Shown: piece after piece, positions 52,223 through 64,000 of the stretch
Position numbering within the stretch: position 1 is the first letter of the stretch
Layout: each line of letters starts with the position of its first letter
Assembly (NCBI GenBank): GCA_017654855.1
Contig: CM030336.1
Span: 2,108,001 to 2,172,000, forward strand
Source: Podospora anserina
Lineage: Eukaryota
Length of the DNA stretch: 64,000 bases
Direction of reading: 5' to 3'
Notes under the pieces: model-generated
Databases searched by the model: none
What the model saw: the letters and a program-made list of their open reading frames with translations, nothing else
Told to the model about the DNA's origin: nothing
Made by a program: the position numbers and the translations under genes

Positions 52223-55200
52223 TGAGAACCGTAAGTATGGGTACGTAAAGTGTTGTGTAAAAAGATGATACTCGGAAGTGAGAGTCAGGCTCGCGGCCTG
52301 CGTGATAGGTGCAGGGCGGGGCAAGCTCAGTGGTAGGGCCACATCTTTATCTAATCTACATACTTAGGTAATCCACTCCCTGCACTTCTTATATTTAATA
52401 CCGCCCGATGAAAGAATACCACAACGTCCTTGTTATATTACTTCTTCGACCTTGACACTCTTCCTAATCTGCTCTTCTCCTTAATTGCGCCAACCTTCTC
52501 CAAATTTCCCCCAACTTCAGTCTTTCCCGCGCTCTTCTCAATATCCTCCACACTCTTCCTAACATTCTTGCGGAGATATCCTTTCTTATATACTTAAAGG
52601 GCAGGATACCTTAATAAAATACAGTTACTACGGTTAACTTAATAGGGACTCTTAAGGATATCGGGGCTAATCGCTTTTCGTATATCTTTATAAAGTCGAA
52701 TATTAATTCTAATAGTAGGTATTTTTTTCTATAGTTCCTAATACTATTAAATTAACTTCTATAAATTCCATAGGTCGTAGTTTAATATTTATTGAATAAT
52801 ATCATTACTATATTCCTTCTATTTCATAGAGTATTTTATATTACCGTTCTTTAATTTTTTATATTTAATAATCTTTTCGACTTTATATTTCTTATCTTTA
52901 TTCCTAAAGCTATCGGATTAATTATCTTCAATTAGTTTGAAAGGGGACTCGATATAGTTAAAAGGATTTCGTTATTAAAAGTGAATACTAAATATATTAT
53001 CGATATTACCGGGTAAACTTTTATAATTTGCCGTAAGTCGAATTTATATACTAATAAACTTTATTTTTTTTGATCTGGAAGGGTTTGATTCGCTATTAAA
53101 ACTATTTACGCGTTAATATACCAAGGAAATAATAACTGTAATGGAGGCGCAAATATACTATATTTTTAAGATTAAAATTAATTTATCGGTGGTAATTATT
53201 ATAGCGGTACTTCGCTTTTACCATAGCGAAATTTATTATGAAACGTAACATTAGCTTTAATATATTTCTTAACTATTAAAATACTAACTAGATCTATAGT
53301 AGTAAAAGTTAATACGATTAGTAGGTTTATAAGCCTAAAGCTATATAATACTTTATAGGGTACCGTTCTAATAACTATTAAATAAGCGTTGTTTAATTCT
53401 TACTATAAATCGTTGATTATAGGTATCTATAGTTTTTCGGGATTTTTGAAATAACGAAAGCGAACGGCTATTTAACCGTTCAATTCTTGCGTTTTACTAG
53501 ATTATTAATTTAAAAGTAATAAGCGGTGTTTCTTAATAAATACATTCCCTAAGCTTTCTAAATACCTTACTATATTCCTAACGTAAACTTTTTACTTCTA
53601 TTCGAGATAATAATTATAGGTAATCCCTAATTACGTTTTCCTAACTTTTTTAATAATATTATTTCCGCCTCTTTTATTATATACGTAAAGCATATTAAAA
53701 TAAGAAACGTATACTTAAAGGCTTTATAAGTAATTATAAGGAGGGAATCGAATATTTAATAATAAGGAATATCGTATTTTATACTTTATATTAGAACTTT
53801 AAGTATATGAAGGATCAAGTTTTTTTATAATAATTTATATTGATAACTTATTATTAAGTTTTATAAGTTAGTAATTACCGATTAAAGCTTTAAGGTTTAT
53901 TACATTTCATTAATACGTTAAATATTATTCTATATACCTTTTAATTATATAGGTTTTAGTAAGTATAATAGAACTTTTTAAGTCGTAAAGTATATAGTAA
54001 GTTCTGATATAATATTCGTTAATATATATTATAATTAAATTTTTTAAAACTATATTATAAAGTATATATAAATTTCTTATACTATTAAACCAAATATTAT
54101 ATAAAAGGTAATCCATTAGTATACAGGGGTGGCCGGCTCGAAATGGATTTTTACTATTTTTAGTAGATTTACTAGACTTTTTTTTCCTATCCTTCTTTAG
54201 TTACTCTAATATTTTTTAATACTTCGTATCCTGTATATAACCGTTTAAAAATTCTACTTTCACTATTTTGTCCAGTATTACTGTAATATATGTAAACTAT
54301 GCTTTATTTAAAACTATTTCTCCTTCCTTCCTCTCCTTAATTAGTATATTGTTTAAGGCTGTATTAAGCGACTTAAGGTATCCGCTACTAAATTCTTTTT
54401 CCCGGAAAGATACTATATTTAGAGATCATATTAAAAGAGGTAAATAGACGCGTTTATTAATCGCTTGTTACTGTTATTTATCGAGGATATATTTAAAGCT
54501 AATTTATCGGTTATACTTTTAATAGTAAAATGATTTATAAAAAATTATAACTTTATAGTTAGAGAAATAAAATATTGTTCGTAATTTTTCAACGGTCTAT
54601 ATTCAATAAGTAATTTCTATTTCTAATCGCCCGTAATTAAACTCTACTTTGAATAAACAATAGTTTTAAAATATAATAGGCTCGACTTGAACCATTAGTA
54701 TCTTAATATTTAGGATCTAAGTATAACCTTTCTTTAAATAAAATATTATAAATCCGAACCCTTTTTTTAGGGATATTAATTCAATCAAATAATAAGCGGG
54801 TATAGTCGAAATAATATACAATAGAGGGGTCGTTATATATTTTAGGTTATAATATTTTGAATAATTTAAGTTTAACGAATATAGGTTTAAATTTAGTTTT
54901 ACCTATTCTCTTTTACGGGTTATTAACTACGATTTTCCTACTCTTTTTTCTCTGCGTTAGTAACGTAACCTTACGCTTTTATGGCAGCTGTATAATCTTT
55001 ACGTAATAAGGAATTAAGTATTTTAAAAACCTAGTACTATTAATATATTTTTTCAAGGCTTGAAGTATATCGGGGAATATTAATTATTTAAAGGTCTTAA
55101 TACAGTTTTTAATATTTGTAAATCCTAACCCGTTAATATAAAAGCTTAATAATCCTACGTCGGGATGGCCTAGTTAAGATTTTAACGGTCAAATAGTAGT

Positions 55201-58200
55201 TTTTTTCCTTAAGAATAGTTTAAAGATAAGTTCAAAGTATTTGAAATACTTACAATTACATTAAAGAACAGTATAATATCGTTTATAAATACTTTCTAAT
55301 AAGTATTATATTTATAAAGTATTTAGTTTATAAAGCGTAAATATAGGCGGGGGTATTACGGTATTCTATTAAGGCTATTTTTAGCTCCGTTAATCCCTTA
55401 GGACTAACAAGATTTAAGCGGTAATAATAAAGAAAATAGACTTTAAATGAATAAAAGAAAGAGGGTATATCGATTACTAAGATAAATTTTTTACCGTTTA
55501 CTACACCAATAATATCTATCTATAAAAGTAATAAGTAATTATCGGGAATCGAGATATTATTAAATCTTCGAAAATTAATAACTATTCGCCTTTAAATTAT
55601 TCCGTAAAGAATCCGCTATACTATAAATATTAAGAAAGCGAATAAAGTAACTTTCGTTTAATATTTCATTCGGCTTTAATTATATGATTTTCAGTAGGTA
55701 GTGTTAAATACCTTTTAATCCTTTTTAGTAAACGGGTAGAGTCGAGAAAGGAGTTTATAATTATTATAGTTCTCGATTAATACAACCCGCATTATTCGTT
55801 TTCTGATATATTAATAAATCCTCAGTTTACCTATAGATTAAGTATTAATTCTACAATCTTAATAACCTTTTTAACGAATTATTTACTTATACTATGAACG
55901 CTTATGCTTTTCTCGGTCCCAATTTCGACGTACTCGGAATTTATTTTTAAATTAAGGTTAAAGAATTTATTTTTAATTATGGGCGGGATAGTAAATACTT
56001 TATTTAAAGCGGAATTATTAACTTTCCCGAAAGAAAGTAGTAAATTACGTTGTTGAGGTTAGTATATTCGTTTTGGCTCGAATAATATTACTTAATCTAT
56101 ATATAGTCTCGTAAATTAAGTTTATAATAGAGATACTCGTTTTAATATTAATCAATATAAATGATATATTAGACTCGTCCAACCTAAAAACTACTTCTTA
56201 GACTCTACTTATATTAGGAATTCGGTATTTATAACTAAAATACTAAAGAAAATAGGAACCTATCGTTAATATTTTTTAGTTCGACCGACTATTGGATATT
56301 TAAGGATAGTAACGATGCCGTTAATTAAATTTTCAATAAAGAAATATTTTAAAGCTATGAGTATTAATGTTTTCCGAGACTGTAGTTAGTTGCGTTAATA
56401 ATAACATAAAAGTTTTATCTTTGAATAAAAGCTTTTAGTTAATTAGGATATAAACTTTCTAGTTAAGTAGTAAAGTATTTTTTCTTTTCGAAATAACCCT
56501 ACGGTTATATAGTTTTAACCGCTTCTCTATTAAAAACTTAACTTTAAAGTCTAAAACCTAAGATTTAATTTTAACCGAACTATAATCGATTTTAGTTTAG
56601 TAAAGTACTATAACATCGTTATTGAATAGTAAATTAAATAAAATATCGGGAATTATCTGGACCAATTTAATAAGCCTTGATAATTTAATTTCCTTACTAA
56701 ACTATAGTTAAACTAATACTAAAGAAATAAAGTCCATTTACTTATGTTCTTTAAATATCCGCTAACTTCCTCAATAATACCCTTTCTCTTTTCTATAATA
56801 TATTTAATTATTTTAAAAAGTTCTTTCCTATAATTATCATGTCTATACTTAGGTTATTTATACCTGTCTATTTTTTCCTTTACTATTTATTTTAATACGT
56901 ATTTTAAAGTAAATACAGTTCGATTACGGATAACCGTTAATCTTATGAACGAATTCTATAAGAGTTTTAAATATTTTAACCTTTTCGTTTAATTGAGGAA
57001 TAAATACATTAAATATTTAAGAGTCACGATCGATGATAAGAGCCTTAATTAATATTAAAATAATACTTTTTAAAGCGTTTTTATATATGTTTAAATATGT
57101 AAATAATTCGTTCCTTGAAGATATATTTTTCGGTAGTAGCCGTATATTTTTCTTATTTATTATTTTAATATTATAAAATAAACTTCAATTGGTTTAATAT
57201 ATAGCTCGATATTTTCGGTAATGGATAACTACCTTTACGGATATAAGAAATTCATTAAAGTAATTAATATAGTTCTTAACAATATTAAGTACTATAAATA
57301 GTTACTCTACTTCGGTATTATAAAAATCTATACTACTATGGTTAATATCTTTACCCAATATCTCTTCTCTTTTTAATTTACGAAATAAATTCGATTTAAC
57401 CGCGATTTATCATTCCTTACTCTCTCTTACAGTCTATCTCTACGGTTAAAATTACAAAAGCTTTACGTTTATCTTTATCTCTATTATCTGGTAACTTACG
57501 ATAACGGTTAGAACGATTATTACGAAAGAAATAATTAAAAAAAGAAGTTTGAAATAGAACTTACTTCTCGGCACTCGTAAATAAAGTATAGTAATTAAAG
57601 ACTTTTTTTCGACGATATTTAAATATCGATCTTAAACTATTAAAATAAATATAGTTCGAACGTCCTCGATATTTATTATATATTTCTTTAAAGACTATCG
57701 CACTTATGGCCTCTGGAATAGCATTTAATCCGTACGTTAAACCTAAACAAAATTTATACTATAACCCTTGATTAGTGATTATTATCGTCGTTTAAACTAT
57801 TTATAGCTTTAGGGTAACAAAGTGTTTTAAGAATGAATTAAAATACTATAAATTTATTCTTAGCGATATTTTTAAAGGTAAGGTTTACTTCGTTAAGAAC
57901 TATAGTAGCGGTTATAGCATTAAGAGCGAAGCGATCTTTAAGGACTAATATTTCAATAAATAGTCCTTTTACCTTAAGTTTAACGAATTACTAAAGTTGA
58001 TTTATTATTTTACTATAATATGGTAAGACCGGAAAGGAAAGATAAAAGCGTAAAATAATTTATTTAATAACCGCTTAATGAACTTCTTTGTTTTTAAATA
58101 AAAATTAATATAATTAACGAATATAAAAATATTTATGAAATATTGATTTTACTTTCGGTAATAATACCGGTTTCGTGAGCTCCCTTATATTAAGGCTAAA

Positions 58201-59638
58201 AAAAACTAATATTTTTTAAAGATTTTAAAACATATATATTAAAGGATAAAGTTACTATTGCTTTATTAACTCCTATATTAGCGTTTTATTATTTAATGGA
58301 GCGCTTAATATTTAATTATCGGTAAAGAAAAATATTATTACCTCTTGCTTTATTACCTTTAAAACTATCGTTATTAAATAAATTATTATTACTATCGTTA
58401 AAACTTCCATTATTTAAGAAGCGAAAATTTATATAACCGTTACATGTTTTACTATTTATATTTCTTTCGATTATATTATATTTAGGTTTAATAAAGTAAA
58501 TCCTTCTTGTTAAAGTACGCTAACGAGGATGGAGTTCCTTTTTTTCTTAACTTTATTTTCTACTAAGTAAATCGAAAGGATTATTATTTAAGTAAACTCG
58601 TTTATTTTTTAATTTTATGATTTCGGTATAAAAACCGTTATTAATATATATCGATAATACTTTTAAGGGTAGTATTACGTTTAATATTCAATTTTATATT
58701 TTCGGGATTTAAAGTAATAGCGTCCTTGATAGTTAATTTTATTCGGCCGATCTTTTCCTTACAATTTCGCCGGAGATTACTTTATTTTTTCCGAAGAAAG
58801 CGACTTCATTACGTTAATTAACGTTTATATTTTGAAAAATTTAAAAGCGAAATTCGAAAGTCCTTTTAAACTACGTTAAGTTTTATAATATATTATTCCA
58901 ATATAACTATCAAGATTAATTGAAATATCAAAATACCTTAATTTAAATCCTAAACTATATTAAAGTATATTATATAACGTTACTTAACAGAATTTATTTC
59001 GGTAAATAACTTCTTTCCTAATTTGATGGTTTGTTTTAGGGCTATCTTGATTATAGTACACCGAGTAGTATTAATACGGTTTATTACTTTTATATCCTTC
59101 CGAAATTACTTTAGCTCTATTTAGACTTTAATAAATAGTTAAACTACCGTTATAATATTTACTAATAGGGTGTATATCTCCCTAATTCTTTTATAATAGT
59201 TTTGTAGTTTTTATTTATTAATATTTAATTAAGTAATACCGGTCTAATTATTAAAGTTCTCAATATTATAATCGATTTTTTTATAAACGGTATAAAGTGA
59301 ATATTAAAGCTGAATTTCTTACTACTAAGTAAAATAAAGGTATTCTAAACGATTATCGGTAAATAAAAAGTATTAATATTGTAATTAAAATTACTTATTT
59401 CGTCTTAATATCTCGTATCCTCTTGCTCTATCTCTTTAAATTCGGTTATATTCGCTTCTAGAGTTTAAGACTTTTTCTAATAGGTACGTAAAGTATTATG
59501 TAAAAAGATAACATTCAGAAGTGGGAGTTAGGCCCGCAGCCTGCGTGATAGGTGCAGGGCGGGGCAAGCTCAGTGGTGGGACCACATCTTTATCTAATCT
59601 ACATGCTTAGCTAATCCACCCCTGCACTTCCTGTATCA
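52223..59638 (-). mobile_element. Full-length RIP-mutated Ty3/gypsy element of a second family (B), short ~175-bp LTRs
   Basis: TSD AACGC (52218-52222 / 59639-59643); direct repeats about 52223-52397 and 59466-59638 (shared core gcctgcgtgataggtgcagggcggggcaagctcagtggt); minus-strand relics of RT (LQALEK.I.S.GFL..LIPYY) and integrase C-terminus (.PF...VYPVIS) in gypsy order. Confidence 0.85.
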
Positions 59639-61685
59639 AACGCGAATTCTTTTAACTATTTCCGCCGAGCTTCCTCCTACATTCCGTCTCTAACCTTCCT
59701 AATATTTTATTGTACCTATATGTACTAGCGGTTTTATTATTTAATTATTTCTTTAAACTCTTTTATTTAATAATATCGTTTAACTTTCGTAAATATAGCG
59801 TGTAGTCTAAGCTTAAGTACTACGTAAGTACAACTTTCTTTCACGGAACTATACTATCTTTTATACTTTATTCTTTTATTTACTCGACGTAATATCCCGT
59901 ATATTCAAGTAGAAACTATATTACTTAAAAGTTACTTTTTGGTTTCATTAGGTCCTGGATTTTCTATAAGAAGTAATCGTCTATTTCTTTCTGGAATTTT
60001 TCTTACTTAATTATTATTTTCCTAATTAGCTAAAGCATACTTTCTTTACCTAATTTACGCACCGGCTAATAACCGTATAGTAACTTACCCTAATAATATA
60101 CCGTATATCCGTAAATCATATACTCGAACTAAAGTACTTTTCGATATTCTAAATATTTAAAAGAATTATACTGTATTTCCTTCATAGGATATATACTATA
60201 TCACTAAAAATATTAAACCTGACTACTTTACGATCCTAATATTAATAACACTTTTATTTTCTTAATAATTCTTTTAACTTTTATATATAAATTTCTAAAG
60301 CTACGACACTTATTATATATAGATTATCCTATGTTATTTATTTCATTTCTTTAATTTTATTTATTAGGTAAGTCCTTCCTATTATATAAGGTTATCGTCT
60401 TTAATAACCCCTATAGTAATTTCTTTAATAATTTATACTAATTAATCCTATAATTTCTATACTCAAAGATTTCTTTCCTTATACTTTACCTTTAGTCTTT
60501 TTGATATTTCCCGTAGTTTTTAAAACTTTATTTTTTTATTCAATATACTAATTAGAATTTTCTTTAACACTTGAAGCTTTGCTTTTTATTACCTAATAGT
60601 TATAACCTTTATAACATTCCGTCCTTTTAATATAATAATTACTATAATCTCTTTTTTTAACCAAGTTAGTTAAATACTTTATTATCTTTTTTAATATACT
60701 TTACTTTACTATAATGAAAATATTTAAAAATACTTTCACTTTGATTCCGGCCTTACGGCCTTTCCTACTATATTGTGTCGAGTTATATCGGTTCTACATA
60801 AGTAATACTGGAGTAATTAATGTTAAAATATTACTAAATACATTTATTATTAGAGCGGTTATTACCGTAGTATTTCTTATTATTACTTTTCATTTCTGCA
60901 CGACGCTAGAACTACCAATCGTTAATCCGTATAGCTATAGTAATATACTTATTGATAGTATTAAACGTCAACTCCTTATATAAATTATCTTTTACTTTCT
61001 CCTCAAAGCCGTTATAAAAAACTATATTAATCCCTTATCGTTAATAATAATACGTAGGCTATTGATCTTAAATAAAGCTATATAGTCTACGGTTAAGCGT
61101 GTTTAGCGTAGGTTTACGAACCTTTCTTACGTACGCCTTACCTTATCGTACTCCCTAAATACTTTTTTAAGTTTAGCCTCGAAAATACAATAGCTTTTAA
61201 AACATTAAACTGTATTTTTTAATCCTTTTCCTCCTTGTTATAATAATGGTTAAAGATAAGTTCGAACTATAGCTAAGCTTTATCCTTGAATTTAATTACT
61301 ACGAAAATTACTTTTAACTTTTCGTTAATGTATTAACGTAATTAATAAGAAAAATAAGCTTGAAATTAAATTAAAAAGCCTTTAAAGTCTTTCTTTGCTC
61401 TTGTATAATACTCCGGTACCGGGAACTTAAGTATCGATTTAAGTATAATTATTATAGCGATAATCCAAATCTGGATTTATTAAGCTTCGCTTTTAAGTTC
61501 TTTAATACGTTTAATAAACTATTCCGCGAACGTAATATTAAATTTAATCGCTATAGTACTTTTAAAGGTCCGTTATTACTTAGGCCAGGTAATATATTTC
61601 CTATTTAAACGTTTTTATGTTCGGCTATAGTAGTAAAAAAATACTTTTAAATTATCCGTAATAAAGTGAAAGTAAGTATATAACG

Positions 61686-62091
61686 TATAACGAACCTCTA
61701 TTTAAACCCTCTAAAAACAGATACTAATTAAGAGCACTTCTAAATAATTTTAGTTCGGTATAGCTAAATAGTATATAATAATAGCTTATTTTAATTATCA
61801 TAGTTTATATATTAACGATTATAACTTATAATTATATATTATGAAACTATTTAATTATATTGGTTAGTTCCTCCGTATATATACACCTAGTGATCTCCTG
61901 TATTATTAACCCTTAACAATAATCCTATCCTGGATCATTAACTCTTGGCAATAATCCCGCGCTGGATTACTGACTTTTGGCAATGATCTCATAAGTAAGG
62001 CTATTCCCGTCCTGATTGGTTTTACTAGCGATTGGCTGTGCGTGTCATACCCCGCACACGGTCCGCTCTGCCCGTTGGCTTAACTGTGACA
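61686..62091 (-). repeat. 5' LTR of the minus-strand family A copy (variant with tggcaatRatc/ctggat repeats)
   Basis: RIP-altered conserved half (tataacgaacctc...) and little-mutated variable half ending in TGTGACA. Confidence 0.85.
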
Positions 62092-62129
62092 GTTAGTAAC
62101 TTCATTAATATAATTAAAATAAATTATTT

Positions 62130-64000
62130 ATTATATACTATCTAACTGCACCGGAATAAATTATTTAGAAGCGCCTTCAATTATAATTTCTTTCAGAGGT
62201 TTTAAATAGGGGTTTATTGTATATTATATATTTATTTTAACATTGCTATAGATGAATTAAAAGCCAGTTTTCTATTATTATTATTAATTACGAAAATATT
62301 TAAATAAGTAATGTTCTTACCATACTGTTGATTAAGGGATAACCTACCACTATGGAGATTAGTATTTTCGATTAGCTTTTCGGACGTATTAAGAAGCTTA
62401 AAGAAAAACCTTGATAAACTAAAGATTAGATCCTCGCAGTTAACGGAGAAAAACTAAATATTAAAGTTCCTGGTAAGTATTATCGGAAATATTAGTATAA
62501 AGTAAAAATATGAAATAACGATCCGGTATTTATTGGTAGGGTCGCTTTAATCTAAAGAGAAAGTAGAAGAGATAAATATTCTTAAGTTATAATATATTAA
62601 AAATATATTTAAACGGTAGAATCAATAAATAAAAGATCAAAAATTAATTAATTTCGGTATAGTTAGTATATTAAGCTAAAATACTCTATAGAAAACAACT
62701 TTGTAGTATAAGGACTATTTCTAACCTAAAAAGTATATAAACAATATTATTTTTAAATACTAGAATCGACAAAAATATAATTTTAAATATATTTGACATT
62801 ATAAGTATAGGACCCTTAAAGGATATAATCCTATGGGAATTATAGTATAAAGACTATAATTTCATAATTGATTAGAGAAATAGTAATCATTTACAATAAA
62901 AAAAGCTTTAAAAGTATTTAATTAACGGTGAAAGAGTAAAAATACATACAAAGTAAAGTATAAGATAAGTACCCTCTATAGTATTATTATAAGAAGTTTA
63001 AAACGTAATAACGTTAATAAAAATATCGGAGGTTAACAAATATATTTATTATAATGACGTAAAGAAAGGCGAGAAAAAAGCGGTACCGGTGGAATATCGA
63101 AAGTATCTAGCCTTTACGACTAAGTATTTAAAGGGATTTCTAAAGTAGGAACTAGTAAACTATAATTTTAAATTAAAAAAAGAGGTAAATTACGGCTATT
63201 TAAAGTATGCTATATTAACGATAAGTAAAGTAAAGAGTTATTGAATTTTTCAGCGAGAATTTAAGAAAAGGATATATAAAGGAGTTTATACTATCAGTAA
63301 GATACCCCGTATTTCTATACTGAAAAGAAATAGTAATTTAAGATTATCTTTAGATTACCGTTAGTTAAATAATAAAACGGTTAAGAATAAGTACCCGTTA
63401 TCGTTAATAGCCAGGCTATAGAGTTATTTAATTAGGATATAATACTTCAAATACTTAAATCTATCTATTAAATACGCTCATATATAGATTCAGGGAGGAA
63501 ATAAAAAAAATAACTTTTCGTATACTCTATAATTATTTCGAATATTTCATAATACCATTCGGGTTACGCAATATACCAATAACGCTTTAATCTCTGATTA
63601 TTTATATAATCCGGAAATACTTTGAGAAAATATTACTATATTATTTTAACGATATTCATATTTATTTACGTACTTTAAAGGAATATAAGTAGTACGTATA
63701 AAAACTACTCGATACCTTATACGGAACCGGACTTTTAATTAATGAAGAAAACCAAATTTTATATATAAAAGATAGTATACTTAGGATATTTAATAGTATT
63801 AAGGAAAATTCGAAAAGAATTTGAGAAGATTACGGTTATTAAAGATTAGCTTATACTATAATTATAAATATACGTTAAAAATTTTAAAATCTTTAAATTT
63901 TTATCAAATATTTGTTCGGGGTACGTAAAGATTATGTAGTTTTCATTTATTCAATTAACAAAGACGTAGAGTTCCTGTAAAAGTGGGAGGAAAAATATGC
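62130..64000 (+). mobile_element. Fragments of further family A-like gypsy copies: LTR 3' half (about 62130-62221), gag-like piece, PR-RT region running off the window
   Basis: 62800-64000 aligns by eye with about 36990-38230 (e.g. ggatataatcct..., gtaccggtggaatatcga, tacccgttatcgttaat). Confidence 0.75.

Larger units (their letters stand above)
50225..62091 (-). mobile_element. 3'-truncated family A gypsy copy (5' LTR 61686-62091, gag, PR, RT, RH), split by the 52223-59638 insertion
   Basis: Sequence either side of the insertion (52200 / 59644) is colinear with the reverse complement of about 36500-36640; RT/RH motifs at 50230-51400. Confidence 0.8.
31550..64000. other. AT-rich, RIP-degenerated nested transposon block (probable centromeric/pericentromeric heterochromatin)
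   Basis: Abrupt AT enrichment, TpA excess with CpA/TpG depletion while CpG is retained, no intact genes, many LTR/TIR relics. Confidence 0.9.

Noticed and set aside
31550-64000. AT-rich block as a mitochondrial insertion (NUMT), contamination or Starship element
   Set aside because: The dinucleotide pattern and LTR/TSD structures indicate RIPed nuclear repeats; no mitochondrial genes or tyrosine-recombinase captain are recognisable.

Overview
Filamentous ascomycete (Sordariomycete) DNA. The FKBP protein and repeat style suggest Podospora or a close relative; this is from recall, not a search. The window has two halves. Positions 1-31.4 kb are GC-balanced and gene-dense, with about 16 mostly intron-containing genes: an alpha/beta-hydrolase with premature TAGs, a secreted GMC oxidoreductase, rhodanese/TUM1, APC11, an Sso-type syntaxin, MEMO1, DNA polymerase kappa, a Trk K+ transporter, an ER FKBP, an RPEL protein, RTC5, RCF1, ILV1 and three hypotheticals. 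About 150 bp after the ILV1 stop the sequence switches abruptly to more than 32 kb of very AT-rich, RIP-mutated, nested transposons that look like centromeric or pericentromeric heterochromatin. This block holds a full-length Ty3/gypsy chromovirus (34654-41772, TSD GAGGG), a second gypsy family (52223-59638, TSD AACGC), truncated relatives, several solo LTRs and a Fot1/pogo DNA transposon (48145-49988). The most interesting points are: (i) the full-length gypsy carries, between pol and the 3' LTR, an antisense intron-containing Zn-cluster-like/coiled-coil accessory gene plus two tandem tRNA-like Pol III cassettes; (ii) its LTR family is modular, with a shared 3' half and interchangeable repeat-rich 5' halves that appear to escape RIP; (iii) the hydrolase gene has two in-frame TAGs, one at a Trp-expected position, which fits either A-to-I stop correction or pseudogenisation. 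All protein readings inside the AT-rich block require reversing C>T/G>A changes by eye and are inferences.
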